Assembly: GCA_963830365.1 (NCBI GenBank)
Contig: CAWHMU010000046.1
Coordinates: forward strand, 79,041-143,040
Length of the DNA: 64,000 nt
Direction: 5' to 3'
Source of the DNA: an uncultured Chlamydiae bacterium
GTDB taxonomy: Bacteria > Chlamydiota > Chlamydiia > Chlamydiales > Parachlamydiaceae
Shown here: one piece after another, positions 9,824 to 20,268 of the stretch
How the letters are laid out: each line of letters begins with the position of its first letter
Position numbering within the stretch: the stretch's first letter is position 1
Program-made: the position numbers and the translations under genes
Notes under the pieces: generated by a model
The model's database searches: none
The model's input: the letters and a program-made list of their open reading frames with translations, nothing else
What the model was told of the DNA's origin: nothing

Positions 9824-11053
9824 TTGATGGAAGCACACACGTTTTTAATTGAACTCGTTTTGATCTTGCTTTCAGCTCGATTATTTGGTGAGATTGCCGC
9901 TTATTTTCAGGTTCCTTCTGTTATTGGAGAGCTTGTTGCTGGCATTGTGATTGGTCCAAGTATTTTAGGATTAGTTGAGATAAGCAATCCCATCCATCTA
10001 TTAGCCCAGATTGGTATCATTTTACTTCTTTTTGAAGTTGGGATAGAAACAGATATCGGCCATCTGTCTTCAGCTGGCGTTAAAGCGCTCATCGTCGCAG
10101 TTGGTGGTGTGATTTTGCCTTTTATATTAGGTTTCCTCATTAGCTACTACGCATTTGACTTTTCTCTCCTGGTCAGCCTATTCATTGCCAGCACTCTTAC
10201 AGCTACGAGTATTGGCATCACTCTGAGAGTGCTTCGTGATTTAAAAAAACAAAATAGCCATGAAGCGCAAATTATTATTGGCGCCGCAGTTCTGGACGAC
10301 ATTATAGGTATAGTTTTACTTGCAATGCTTTATGAATTTTCAGTAAGCGGAGAAATCAATTTGTGGAGTACAGGAAAAGTATTACTCTTTATTATACTCT
10401 TTTTCTTCATCTCGCCCATTTTAGCTAAGGGTGTCTCTCATATCATTAAGAAGTGGGATGAAAACAGTGATATTCCCGGTCTTTTGCCTACCACAATCGT
10501 TTCATTGATCTTGTTTTTTGCCTGGACAGCTCACTCTTTAGGTGCGCCAGAACTTCTTGGTGGCTTTGCAGCGGGGCTAGCTTTGTCTAGGCAATTTTTT
10601 TTCCCCTTTGCAGTATTTTTACATGAGTCAAAAGAGTTTAGCTATCGCGTAGAGGCTCAGATGAAGCCCATCGTGCATTTATTTACGCCAATCTTTTTTG
10701 TGGCTATCGGCCTCTCTCTAGATCTTAGGACTGTAAACTGGGAATCATCGTTTATCTGGATACTATGTGGTTCTTTAGTAGCAGCTTCGATCATTGGAAA
10801 ATTATTTTCTGCCTTTTTCCTAAAAGGCGAAAGTCGGATGATGCAGCTCATTATTGGAACAGCAATGATCCCTCGTGGAGAAGTTGGCTTGATTTTTGCT
10901 AATGTTGGACTGACTGCAGGTGTCTTAAAAAATGACGTTTATGCAGCCATTATACTTGTTATTACAATTACCACATTGGTAGCCCCATTTTCTTTGCGCT
11001 GGCTTTATAGCTATTCAAAAAAAGATGATATTTATGGTGCATCACACACATAA
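9824..11053 (+). CDS. Cation:proton antiporter (CPA2/NapA-like)
   Basis: GELVAGIVIGPS, ATSIGIT, GAAVLDD, MIPRGEVGL; many TM segments. Confidence 0.9.
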   Translation: MMEAHTFLIELVLILLSARLFGEIAAYFQVPSVIGELVAGIVIGPSILGLVEISNPIHLLAQIGIILLLFEVGIETDIGHLSSAGVKALIVAVGGVILPFILGFLISYYAFDFSLLVSLFIASTLTATSIGITLRVLRDLKKQNSHEAQIIIGAAVLDDIIGIVLLAMLYEFSVSGEINLWSTGKVLLFIILFFFISPILAKGVSHIIKKWDENSDIPGLLPTTIVSLILFFAWTAHSLGAPELLGGFAAGLALSRQFFFPFAVFLHESKEFSYRVEAQMKPIVHLFTPIFFVAIGLSLDLRTVNWESSFIWILCGSLVAASIIGKLFSAFFLKGESRMMQLIIGTAMIPRGEVGLIFANVGLTAGVLKNDVYAAIILVITITTLVAPFSLRWLYSYSKKDDIYGASHT

Positions 11054-11095
11054 GCACCTAATTAACAAAACCCTAAGAGCAAGCTCCAGACCCCT

Positions 11096-11204
11096 TCTCT
11101 GTGCCTCTGCATCTCGGAGGTGAAGTTTTTCGTATCACCCTAATTAACAATACTATACCACTAGCAAGCAGATTGCACCACAGAGGCACAGAGTCACTGA
11201 GAAG
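11096..11204. repeat. Inverted pair of CACCACAGAGGCACAGAG-type short repeats
   Basis: CTCTGTGCCTCTGCATCTCGGAGGTG ... CACCACAGAGGCACAGAG; the same family recurs near 15892-16010, 35199-35272, 49345, 53590-53655 and 53786-53820. Confidence 0.65.
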
Positions 11205-11345
11205 GCCGGGAAAACCTCATGGGTACTCATTTGCGTGATGAGCCCTCCTCATCACGTTGCCAAAACATGCCGTCGGCACCGTCGATATCACGGTGGGTTA
11301 TTAATATGGCAGCTCCTAGATGGAGCTTAGCCATAATGCACAATG

Positions 11346-12308
11346 CTACGTTATTGACGATGAGCCAGCAGGCTTTGGTTGTGGTAAGAGAGGCGGCATC
11401 CTGGGCGGAAGCCTAACCGGCAAATGTCGGACAACAAACTGCCTGTGTTCACTTGATGGGTCTGTTGAAGGACTGAGGACTGTTTTTGAATCTTCCTGCA
11501 AAGGTAGCGTTTTATATTTCTCAAGTCGAAGGGTTCTTCTAGAGCTCTGCGTCACTAGCTGGGGAGATATGGGTTCTGCTGGATCATCAGGAGATTTCTT
11601 TGTCTCCTCATCTTTTGCTGCGACTAAATAGGGCTTATTTAAGACCTTAAGCTCTGCCAACTTATTAAAAAGCGCAATGCCAGAATTATTGAACTTTTCT
11701 AATATGCACAATATTTCCTCATTGTCGGAATAGCTCGAAGTTATTTTCTCAGCTAACATCGCTAACTCCGAACGCACGGCACCCGCAGCCTTGCTGATGA
11801 GACGTTCGATTGCCAAAGGAGACTTGCCATGCGCTGCCAGGTAGGCAGTTGCTAATTCATAAAGCTGCCCCGCCTCGGGATTTAAATCATCATCTGTCAG
11901 ATTCCCCAGAATTTCATTCAGAGACTTATCAAAAGATGCACCTGCGACATCGTGTTCGCGGAAAGCCTGAAACAGATCTGTGAGATTTTTTTCTGTCACC
12001 TCAGAGGACGATGGTTCTACTGTCGGTGTGACAGGATTAGCAATGGATGAAATTTGATGATTGCCTGCCGCCGCCAGGCCTCCTTGGACGTCAGCAGAAA
12101 GAACGTCCTGGCTGGTATTGCTTTCCAACGCCCTGGCTCTTCCGTATAAGCACTTTCTGGCTGCCACACAAGCCATGCCCAATAACGCACCCCCGGCAAT
12201 GATAGTTAACAATGCAGTGCTTGAATTAAGTGTTGCATCTTTGTTATCCGCCCAAGAAAGTTTGCTAGCAAGATAACTTGGGATATTTTGTATAAATTGA
12301 ATCGTCAT
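11346..12308 (-). CDS. Hypothetical protein with an N-terminal TM segment and a Pro/Ser-rich tail
   Basis: 320-aa ORF after an AT-rich promoter region; hydrophobic ALLTIIAGGALLGMACVAA. Confidence 0.7.
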   Translation of the reverse strand: MTIQFIQNIPSYLASKLSWADNKDATLNSSTALLTIIAGGALLGMACVAARKCLYGRARALESNTSQDVLSADVQGGLAAAGNHQISSIANPVTPTVEPSSSEVTEKNLTDLFQAFREHDVAGASFDKSLNEILGNLTDDDLNPEAGQLYELATAYLAAHGKSPLAIERLISKAAGAVRSELAMLAEKITSSYSDNEEILCILEKFNNSGIALFNKLAELKVLNKPYLVAAKDEETKKSPDDPAEPISPQLVTQSSRRTLRLEKYKTLPLQEDSKTVLSPSTDPSSEHRQFVVRHLPVRLPPRMPPLLPQPKPAGSSSIT

Positions 12309-12525
12309 CGGCTTTCTCGTTTTAGATTTTTACTTAAATACATTACTTTAAAATTATATACGTAAAACTAATCACTCAAATTAACGTGATAATATAGCGA
12401 AGTGAAAATTATTCATCCACACATTCTGTTTGATACTGGTTGCACCCTCTTGCCGTTAGCTACAAGATTTCGTATTTATCTTTCAAAAATGATGGGAAAC
12501 AGTTAAAAGCAAGTCATTACCCTAT

Positions 12526-14091
12526 ATGCAGGATGCCGACATGATAAACTTCAAAGACTTTACATTTATCTCCATGATACTGGCTATAGGCGCGCTGCTT
12601 CCCTTGCAGTCCGAGGAAAAGACATTGCCAAAAAACATGCAGAGTATCATGCAGCAGGACAAATATGTACACGCCAATTGGGGCGTCTACGTCAAGGATG
12701 TAGAGACCGGCAAGGTGCTCTTCAATATGAATTCCAACCGCATGGTCCTGCCGGCATCCACGACAAAACTATTTTCAGTCGCCGCCCTGCTGCAGGCCTA
12801 TGGTGATGATTACCGCTTCAAGACCCCTGTCTATGCTTTGGGGGAAATTGACAAGGGCATCTTCACAGGAAATCTAATATTGGTAGCCCAGGGGGACCTC
12901 ACCATGGGCGGACGGCAAGGTAAGACCGATGCCATTGCCTTCACCAAACTGGATCATATCATAGCCAATAATATCCCCGGAGTGATTTTAACCCCCGAAG
13001 ACCCCTTAGCCGGGATCCAGGCGCTGGCCAAGCAAGTGCATGATAAAGGCATCAGGCAAATTGATGGCGACATTTTGATTGACGACCGCCTGTTCGAAAC
13101 CACCCAAAAGCGCGAGATGACGCTCTCGCCGATGATCATCAATGAGAACCTAATCGATATGGTGGTAAATCCGGGCACTGTTGGCGAGGCCGCAAGGCTG
13201 TCGTGGCGTCCGCAGGCCCCCGGCTATACCGTCACCAACCAGATAAAGACGGTTTCAAAAGGCGAAGCCATCGATCTGCACATCACCGCCGATGAAGCCG
13301 GCAGAAACATTGTCGTGCAGGGATCGCTGCCGGCAGACCAAAAGGATGTGGTACGCACCTTTTCGATCAAAGACCCCAACCACTTTGCTAAAACGGCCTT
13401 CATCGAGGCCCTACAAAAGCTTGGCATCGCGGTCAACCTCGATAAGAACAAGACGGCATCACTCCCACCCAAAGAGACTTTTCAAGGCATGACACCGATG
13501 GCTGTCTGGACCTCACCGCCGCTGGCTGAATATGCCAAACTCATCCTAAAGGTGAGCCACAACTTAGGAGCTGATCTTGTGCCCTTATTGCTCGCCGCGC
13601 GCAAAGGTGAAACAACTTTTAATGCCGGCATGCGTGAGCTCGGGAATTTCACCGTCCAGCAGGTAAAAGTTCCGGCCGATGCTTTTGTCTTCATCGACGG
13701 CGCAGGCGGCGATGAGAATCGCCTGACGCCGCAAGCCGAAGTGCAGCTTTTGGAATACATGCACAAATTGCCAGCAAAGCAATTTAAAAATTACTATCAA
13801 GCCTTGCCAATTCTTGGCGTCGATGGCTCGCTGGCAGATTTTGGTAAGACGACTGCAGCCGTCGGCAAAGTGCATGCCAAGACCGGCACCGGTGTGGCTT
13901 TCAATCTGGCGCTTGGCAAGTTCTTTTTAACCACCCAGACTCTAGCGGGCTATATCGATGGAAAAAATGGGCATTTGCTGCTATTTATGGTCTCTGTCAA
14001 TAATGGCAGCATGCCGACCATCAATGACGTCATTCCGATTTTTGAGGATTTAAGCCAAATCACAGGCGTCATCTATGACGAGGTGAAATAA
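12526..14091 (+). CDS. dacB: D-alanyl-D-alanine carboxypeptidase/endopeptidase (peptidase S13, PBP4-like)
   Basis: PASTTK (SxxK), KVSHN (SxN) and AKTGT motifs; signal peptide. Confidence 0.88.
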   Translation: MQDADMINFKDFTFISMILAIGALLPLQSEEKTLPKNMQSIMQQDKYVHANWGVYVKDVETGKVLFNMNSNRMVLPASTTKLFSVAALLQAYGDDYRFKTPVYALGEIDKGIFTGNLILVAQGDLTMGGRQGKTDAIAFTKLDHIIANNIPGVILTPEDPLAGIQALAKQVHDKGIRQIDGDILIDDRLFETTQKREMTLSPMIINENLIDMVVNPGTVGEAARLSWRPQAPGYTVTNQIKTVSKGEAIDLHITADEAGRNIVVQGSLPADQKDVVRTFSIKDPNHFAKTAFIEALQKLGIAVNLDKNKTASLPPKETFQGMTPMAVWTSPPLAEYAKLILKVSHNLGADLVPLLLAARKGETTFNAGMRELGNFTVQQVKVPADAFVFIDGAGGDENRLTPQAEVQLLEYMHKLPAKQFKNYYQALPILGVDGSLADFGKTTAAVGKVHAKTGTGVAFNLALGKFFLTTQTLAGYIDGKNGHLLLFMVSVNNGSMPTINDVIPIFEDLSQITGVIYDEVK

Positions 14092-14104
14092 CAAGGAGAT
14101 TAGC

Positions 14105-14500
14105 ATGAATTATCTAAAAGCTTTTATTGCCGGCATCACCGTGCCGAGTATTATTCTGCCGATAGGCATTTATAGCGCCCTGGCATGGGGAAAACCCCAG
14201 CTATTAACCATTCCCTTCCTGCATTTCATCCCGTTAATCTGGGGCCTGTGGAATGTTTTGTCTGTCGCCTTTTTTAAAAATGCGCTGCCGCAGGATCCCA
14301 ACCTCCGCCTGCTGCTTACGGGAGCTGTGCTTGGAGTACTTGTCATCGGCTATGCCACTTTCTGGCTGGATCTGCCAACACTGATGGGCATACCTGGACA
14401 GTTTAAATACCTGCCTATTATTATCGGACCCATCGTCTATGCCCTTATATGGCGTTGGCTGGTCGAACCTTTGAATCAATTATTAGCGGTGAAAGAATAG
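14105..14500 (+). CDS. Hypothetical membrane protein (about 4 TM)
   Basis: SD AAGGAG; hydrophobic 131-aa ORF in an operon with dacB. Confidence 0.75.
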   Translation: MNYLKAFIAGITVPSIILPIGIYSALAWGKPQLLTIPFLHFIPLIWGLWNVLSVAFFKNALPQDPNLRLLLTGAVLGVLVIGYATFWLDLPTLMGIPGQFKYLPIIIGPIVYALIWRWLVEPLNQLLAVKE

Positions 14501-14761
14501 ATGGCAGAAGAGTCAAGCTGGGAGGTGTATATCATCCGGACAACATCGGGGAAGCTGTATACAGGCATCACCACAAATCTGGACCGCCGTTTTGCTGATC
14601 ATCTGCAGGGGCGTAAAGGGGCGCGTTTTTTCCGTTTTTCAACACCGGAAAGCATTGTCTACCGCGAGCCACACCCCAACAGATCTTCCGCCTCGCAGCG
14701 GGAATGCCGGATAAAAAAAATGACCCGCCAGCAAAAACTGGACCTCACCTCCAGCCTATAG
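14501..14761 (+). CDS. GIY-YIG nuclease family protein (UPF0213/YhbQ-like)
   Basis: WEVYII...LYTGITTNLDRRFADH..GKGARF...ASQRECRIKK. Confidence 0.88.
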   Translation: MAEESSWEVYIIRTTSGKLYTGITTNLDRRFADHLQGRKGARFFRFSTPESIVYREPHPNRSSASQRECRIKKMTRQQKLDLTSSL

Positions 14762-15739
14762 AGGCGATATCTTCCAGCAGCGATGGATCTTGGGATCATG
14801 GAAGTCTAGCGGAATTGTTTTGTCGGAAATATCCACCACGACACACCCTTTGAAATATTGCTCGTCAAAGGCAAAGCGGCGCGAATTGGTACTGAAAAAT
14901 ATTGTGCCACCAGGCAAAAGCAGCTTCAAGGCCTTTGATACCAGTGAGAGGTAATCCTGCTGGATGTCAAACATCTGATCCATTTTCTTGGAGCGCGAGA
15001 TGGTGGGAGGATCGATGATGATGATGTCGTATTTGATCCCTGAGCGCAGCTCTTCATCCATAAATTTAAGGCAGTCTGCCCTGACAATCTCATGGGTAGC
15101 CAGCGGGATACCATTAAGCATGAAGTTATCCCTTCCCCAGGCGGTGTAGGTATTGGACATATCCACACTTTTGGTAAACGTCGCCCCGGCCACGGCGGCA
15201 TGCACGCTGAAGGAGCAGGTATAGGCAAAAAGATTCAACACCCGCTTGCCGGGGCAAGCCGCAGCGACGATTTTGCGCGTTTCACGGTGGTCGAGGAAAA
15301 GCCCCGTATCCAGATAGTCGATAAGGTTGACCCAGAATTTAATCCCGAATTCGATGGCACTAAAAAACTCTTTTGACTCCCCTATCTTCTCATACTGGCG
15401 GGTCTTTTTGCGTTTTAAGCGCGTGCGCCAGAAAATTGCGCCGGCCTCAGCCCCAAAGATACCGCCCAGCGCTTTGACGATTTCATCTACCAGCTCCGCC
15501 GGCGGCTCGTCGCTATCTGTCGAACTGGAGAAATGCTGCACCAGAAAGCGGCCGGCATAAAAATCTATCGCCAGCGGATATTCCCGGATTTCGCGGTCAT
15601 AGATGCGGAAGCAGTCTGTCTGCGTCCGCTTCGCCCACTTGCGGATATGGCGATAGTTCTTCCGGATGCGATTTACCAGCGGCGAGCTTTTATCCTCACC
15701 GTCTACGATGGCAGGAAGGGATATCTTGATTTCATCCAT
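14756..15739 (-). CDS. Class I SAM-dependent rRNA methyltransferase (stand-alone RlmK-like)
   Basis: CFRIYDREI, DYLDTGLFLDHRETR, LNLFAYTCSFSV, DMSNTY, IDPPT. Confidence 0.88.
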   Translation of the reverse strand: MDEIKISLPAIVDGEDKSSPLVNRIRKNYRHIRKWAKRTQTDCFRIYDREIREYPLAIDFYAGRFLVQHFSSSTDSDEPPAELVDEIVKALGGIFGAEAGAIFWRTRLKRKKTRQYEKIGESKEFFSAIEFGIKFWVNLIDYLDTGLFLDHRETRKIVAAACPGKRVLNLFAYTCSFSVHAAVAGATFTKSVDMSNTYTAWGRDNFMLNGIPLATHEIVRADCLKFMDEELRSGIKYDIIIIDPPTISRSKKMDQMFDIQQDYLSLVSKALKLLLPGGTIFFSTNSRRFAFDEQYFKGCVVVDISDKTIPLDFHDPKIHRCWKISPL

Positions 15740-15891
15740 AAGGTACTTACTTGAACGTTAATTTTGCAGTTTTGAAACGATAAGCATACTACAAAATCGC
15801 ATAATTGTAAAACTTGTATCATGGTCGTTAATTGAATGGTTGTGAATTCGATTTAACGCAAACAGCCTAGAAACGCAAGGAAGGCAACACT

Positions 15892-16010
15892 TACCACAGA
15901 GGCACAGAAAGGCTGCGCACGATACAAGATACAACAGATAATGCCCGGCTGAGGCTCCCTTTTCCTTATAACTTGATTTTCCTTCTCTGTGTCTCTGTGC
16001 CTCTGTGGTA
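15892..16010. repeat. Inverted pair of ACCACAGAGGCACAGA repeats
   Basis: TACCACAGAGGCACAGAAAG ... CTCTGTGTCTCTGTGCCTCTGTGGTA. Confidence 0.7.
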
Positions 16011-16035
16011 AGTGTTGCCTTCTTTGCGTGCGAAT

Positions 16036-16866
16036 TCACAACCCAGCACCTTGCTTACGGAAGGTCAGCCAGCTGGAAATCACGGTCACGGCCGTGATGA
16101 GGCAGACAATGATGGTCGCCAGCGCATTGATTTCAGGGCTGACACCCAATCTCACGCGCGAATAGATCAGCATCGGCAGCGTGGTGGCTCCCGGGCCGCT
16201 GGTGAAGCTGGCGATGACCAGATCGTCCAATGACAGCGTGAAGGCCAGCAGCCAGCCGGCGACAAGCGCCGGCAGGATCAGTGGCAGGATGATCACGAAA
16301 AAGACTTTGAGCGGCCTTGCACCTAGGTCAAGAGCGGCCTCTTCCAGCGAGCGGTCGAAAGCCGTCAGGCGCGCCTGCACCAATACCGCCACATAGGCCA
16401 TACCTAGTGTCGTGTGGGCCATGATGATGGTGAGGATTCCCCTGCCTTGCGGCCAGCCGATGACTTGTGACATGGCCACAAAGAGTAGCAGCAGCGAAAA
16501 GCCGGTGATGACTTCCGGCATGACAAACGGTGAAAACAGCATGCCGCTGAATAGCGTACGGCTGCGAAAAGCACCAAAACGCGCTAAAGCCACCCCAGCC
16601 AGAGTGCCCAGGATCACTGCCAGGGTCGCAGACGATGAGGCCACTTTGCAGCTCACCACGACAGCAGACATCAATTCAGCATCGTACCAGAGGCTGGCAT
16701 ACCATTTGGCGGAGAACCCTGCCCATACTGTCACCAGACGCGAACTGTTGAACGAATAAAATATCAAAGTGAAAATCGGCGCATAGAGGAATAAAAAACC
16801 AATGCCCATCATGGCATTAAGCCACGGGAAATCAAACCTTTTACCCTGAACTTTATTCATGCTCAA
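16036..16866 (-). CDS. potI: Putrescine ABC transporter permease
   Basis: FLYAPI, SRLVTVWAGFS, LEEAALDLGA, FTLSLDDLVIASF. Confidence 0.9.
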   Translation of the reverse strand: MSMNKVQGKRFDFPWLNAMMGIGFLFLYAPIFTLIFYSFNSSRLVTVWAGFSAKWYASLWYDAELMSAVVVSCKVASSSATLAVILGTLAGVALARFGAFRSRTLFSGMLFSPFVMPEVITGFSLLLLFVAMSQVIGWPQGRGILTIIMAHTTLGMAYVAVLVQARLTAFDRSLEEAALDLGARPLKVFFVIILPLILPALVAGWLLAFTLSLDDLVIASFTSGPGATTLPMLIYSRVRLGVSPEINALATIIVCLITAVTVISSWLTFRKQGAGL

Positions 16867-16876
16867 TCCTTAATTC

Positions 16877-17794
16877 CTAACGGCGCACTTCGCGCCTGCC
16901 GATGATACGCTGTACAATCATAATCGGCACTACCAGCATCATGGTCATGATGATCGTCACGGCAGCGGCCGTCGGCCAGTCGCGGTTGTTAAAGAACTCA
17001 TTCCACAGTACCTTGCCGATGGTCAGCACGTTAGATCCGCCGAGCAGATCAGGAATCACAAACTCCCCCAGGGCAGGAATAAAGACCATCATACAACCGG
17101 CCACAATGCCAGATACTGATAGCGGCAGGGTCACCTGCCAAAAGGCCGCCAGGGGCTTGGCCCCCAGATCTTCAGCCGCCTCCAAATAAGCAGGAGGAAG
17201 CTTTTCCAGCGCCGAATATAATGGCAGGATCATAAAGGGCAGATAGGAATAGACGATGCCGATAACGACGGCGATCTGGGTATTCATAATCGCCAGCGGC
17301 TGGCTGATGAGGCCCAAATTTATCAGCCAATTGTTGAGCAGTCCGTTGCTCTTCAAAATCACAATCCAGGCATAGACGCGCAGTAGCAGGCCTGTCCAAA
17401 ATGGAATCACGACCAATAGCAGCAAGATGTTGCGGTACTGCCTAGGAGCGCGCACGATGCCATAGGCAATCGGATAGGCGATCAAAAGCGCCATCACAGT
17501 GGAGATTGCGGCCAGCCATATCGAAACGAAATAGGTATGCAGATAAAGGTAGTCGGTAAATAATAGCCTGTAATTGGACAGCACAGGCGAAAATTGAAAG
17601 TTCCCCTCGGCATCAAAACCAAAAAAAAGCTTATAGGGCGGTACGGCGTCGACTGCTTCACTGAAGCTGATGCATAATACCAGCAGAAAAGGCACAATAA
17701 AAAACAGCAGCAGCCAGCCATATGCCGGAACAAGCACCCATAAACGCCCATGCTTCTGCTGTTTTTCAAGAGGTGTAAGACGCATACTCACCAA
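16877..17794 (-). CDS. potH: Putrescine ABC transporter permease
   Basis: PFWTGLLLRVYAW, YSYLPFMILPLY, EAAEDLGA, GEFVIPDLLGG, NRDWP. Confidence 0.9.
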   Translation of the reverse strand: MVSMRLTPLEKQQKHGRLWVLVPAYGWLLLFFIVPFLLVLCISFSEAVDAVPPYKLFFGFDAEGNFQFSPVLSNYRLLFTDYLYLHTYFVSIWLAAISTVMALLIAYPIAYGIVRAPRQYRNILLLLVVIPFWTGLLLRVYAWIVILKSNGLLNNWLINLGLISQPLAIMNTQIAVVIGIVYSYLPFMILPLYSALEKLPPAYLEAAEDLGAKPLAAFWQVTLPLSVSGIVAGCMMVFIPALGEFVIPDLLGGSNVLTIGKVLWNEFFNNRDWPTAAAVTIIMTMMLVVPIMIVQRIIGRREVRR

Positions 17795-17797
17795 GCT

Positions 17798-18949
17798 TTA
17801 TTCCGTTAATACGACGCCATCGGTATCATACCACGACACATAAACTTCCTCGCCAAAGGCGAAATCCGTCGTCTGGCTGCGTGTCGTCGACGGCACGCAC
17901 ACATTGATCAGCTTGCCCGTCGCCAATTCCACATGGAAAATAATCTGTTCGCCAAGAAAGCCGATATCCATCACCTTGCCTTTAAGCTGGTTTTCATTGG
18001 CCGGAGCGGCCGTCCTGTTTATCTCCATCTCTTCCGGCCGCACTGCTATGCAGGCCTTGGTGCCTGCCTGAAGGGATTCCGGATGCTTGATGCGGATCTT
18101 GCTGGCAGACTCTCCGCTAAACAGTGTGACAAAACCTGGGTGATGTTCACCGCTCACAATCTCGCCTTCAAACATATTGATCGAACCGATAAAGTCGGCC
18201 ACGAAGCGGTTTTTAGGATTTTTATATATCCCTTCCGGACTGCCTATCTGCAAAAGCTTGCCGGCATGCATCACGCCGATGCGGTTGGCCATGAGCAGAG
18301 CTTCTTCCTGATCATGTGTCACCATCAGAAATGTCACCCCGAGCATCATCTGGATTTTTATCAACTGCAGCTGGGTATGCTCGCGCGTTTTATGATCCAG
18401 CGAGCCCAAAGGCTCGTCGAGCAGCAGCAACTTCGGCCGTTTGACGAGGCTGCGGGCCAAAGCCACGCGCTGCTGCTGTCCGCCGGATAGCTGTGAGGGA
18501 TAGCGCTGTCTATAATCCTGCATCTTGACCATCTCAAGTACTTCGTCGACGCGCTTTGATATTTCTTCTTTGGGCAGCTTTTCCTGCTTCAGACCGAAGG
18601 CCACATTCTGCACCACCGTCATATGCGGAAATAGCGCATAGGATTGGAACATCATATTCACGCAGCGTTCATAAGGCGGAATATCGGCCATATCCTGGCC
18701 GTTAATGATGATCTTACCTTGGGTCGGCGTCTCAAAACCTGCGATCATGCGCATCAGCGTGGTTTTGCCGCAGCCGGTCGGGCCGATCAAAGCGAAGAAA
18801 TCCCCTTCATAAATTTCCAAGGTCACATTATCAACGGATTTGGCAGCATTGCCTTCATACAACTTGGAAACGCCCTGGATTTGCACCAGCGCCTTATGCT
18901 GCGAGGCAGCAGCTTCGCGCTCTTTGACAGAGAATATTTTCTCACTCAT
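17798..18949 (-). CDS. potG: Putrescine ABC transporter ATP-binding protein
   Basis: Walker A GPTGCGKT, MFQSYALFPHM, LSGGQQQR, LLLDEP; C-terminal TOBE-like region. Confidence 0.9.
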   Translation of the reverse strand: MSEKIFSVKEREAAASQHKALVQIQGVSKLYEGNAAKSVDNVTLEIYEGDFFALIGPTGCGKTTLMRMIAGFETPTQGKIIINGQDMADIPPYERCVNMMFQSYALFPHMTVVQNVAFGLKQEKLPKEEISKRVDEVLEMVKMQDYRQRYPSQLSGGQQQRVALARSLVKRPKLLLLDEPLGSLDHKTREHTQLQLIKIQMMLGVTFLMVTHDQEEALLMANRIGVMHAGKLLQIGSPEGIYKNPKNRFVADFIGSINMFEGEIVSGEHHPGFVTLFSGESASKIRIKHPESLQAGTKACIAVRPEEMEINRTAAPANENQLKGKVMDIGFLGEQIIFHVELATGKLINVCVPSTTRSQTTDFAFGEEVYVSWYDTDGVVLTE

Positions 18950-18970
18950 TTGATAAATGTCCCACGGCGG

Positions 18971-20074
18971 TTAACTTCCACTTATTATGCGCGTCCATGT
19001 CCTTGTGCGCAGGCGCTCATATGGCAAATCGGCCGGCGCAATCATATACATATGCTTCATCGCTTCGGCTGAGGGATAGATCTGCGGATTGTCGCGGATT
19101 TCCGGTTTCACCAGCTTGTCGGCCTCTTTATTGGCATTGGCATAACCGATGAAGTTGGTATTGGCAGCGATGACCTCCGGGCGCAGGATATAATTTAAAA
19201 ATAACAGCGCATTTTCGGGATGGGGAGCATCTTTGGGTATCGCCATCACGTCGATCCAAACCTGTGCTCCTTCCTTAGGCTGCTTATAGCCGATTTCAAC
19301 ACCGGCCTTGGCCTCTTTGGCACGATTCGAGGCCTGGATGATGTCGCCTGAAAAACCTAGCACCAGGCAGATGTCCCCGTTGGCCAGATCATCGATATAT
19401 TTTGATGAGTGGAACTGGCGGATATAAGGACGCACCGCCATCATCACATCTTCAGCCTTCTTCAGATCTTCTTGCTTATGGCTGTTTGGATCCAGGCCGG
19501 CATACACCAGCGCATTGGGGATGATATCGCTGGCAGAGTCCAGCATCATGATGCCGCAGGCGGCAAATTTGGAGGCGATCTTGGGATCGAAAACCATAGC
19601 CAGGCTATCTAGCGGAGCATCGGGCATGATGTCTTTGACTTTTTTCACATTGTAACCGATGCCGACAGTGCCCCACATCCATGGAATGGAATAGGCATTA
19701 TCGGGGTCGTGCGCGGCCAGACGCTGCATGATTTCAGGATTTAGGTTTTTATAATTGGAGAGTTTGCTCTTATCAATTTTTTGGTAGAGCCCGGCTTTAA
19801 TCTGTCGCACCAGGTAGGGTGAAGAGGTGGGCACGACAAGATCATAGCCGGTATGGCCGGCGCTCAATTTCGATTCGAGCAGCTGGTTGCTGTCGTAGAC
19901 ATCGTATTGCACTTTGATACCTGTTTCCTTCTCGAAATTGGAAATCGTCTCGGGCGTGATGTAATCCGACCAGTTGTAAATATTCAGTTTTTTCTCTTCT
20001 TCAGCCATTGCAGTAGTGTTGCTAAAAAGTGCCTGTACAAACAGCAGGCAAAAAGCCAATTTGCGCATGATCAT
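18971..20074 (-). CDS. potF: Putrescine ABC transporter substrate-binding protein
   Basis: LNIYNWSDYI, YDVYDSN, GYDLVVP, FHSSKYIDDLANGDIC; start moved to the Met behind SD AAGGAA. Confidence 0.9.
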   Translation of the reverse strand: MIMRKLAFCLLFVQALFSNTTAMAEEEKKLNIYNWSDYITPETISNFEKETGIKVQYDVYDSNQLLESKLSAGHTGYDLVVPTSSPYLVRQIKAGLYQKIDKSKLSNYKNLNPEIMQRLAAHDPDNAYSIPWMWGTVGIGYNVKKVKDIMPDAPLDSLAMVFDPKIASKFAACGIMMLDSASDIIPNALVYAGLDPNSHKQEDLKKAEDVMMAVRPYIRQFHSSKYIDDLANGDICLVLGFSGDIIQASNRAKEAKAGVEIGYKQPKEGAQVWIDVMAIPKDAPHPENALLFLNYILRPEVIAANTNFIGYANANKEADKLVKPEIRDNPQIYPSAEAMKHMYMIAPADLPYERLRTRTWTRIISGS

Positions 20075-20268
20075 CAGTTCCTTAAGCAGCAGTGTTTTCA
20101 GGCGGAAAGGACCGCCGACAAATGAAATATTTATTTTGCACTTATAGTCATTACCAGACGCCAGTGTCAATGCAAAATATCCCTAGATCAAAAGTATAGT
20201 GGAATGAGTCACACCTTTGAATTAAAGTTATCGTTATATATAAATACAAAAAAAGCAAAGGAGACCCT

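Noticed and set aside
14501..14761. GIY-YIG protein as a homing or mobile endonuclease
   Set aside because: It is the common stand-alone ~86-aa UPF0213 type, with no intron or element boundaries.
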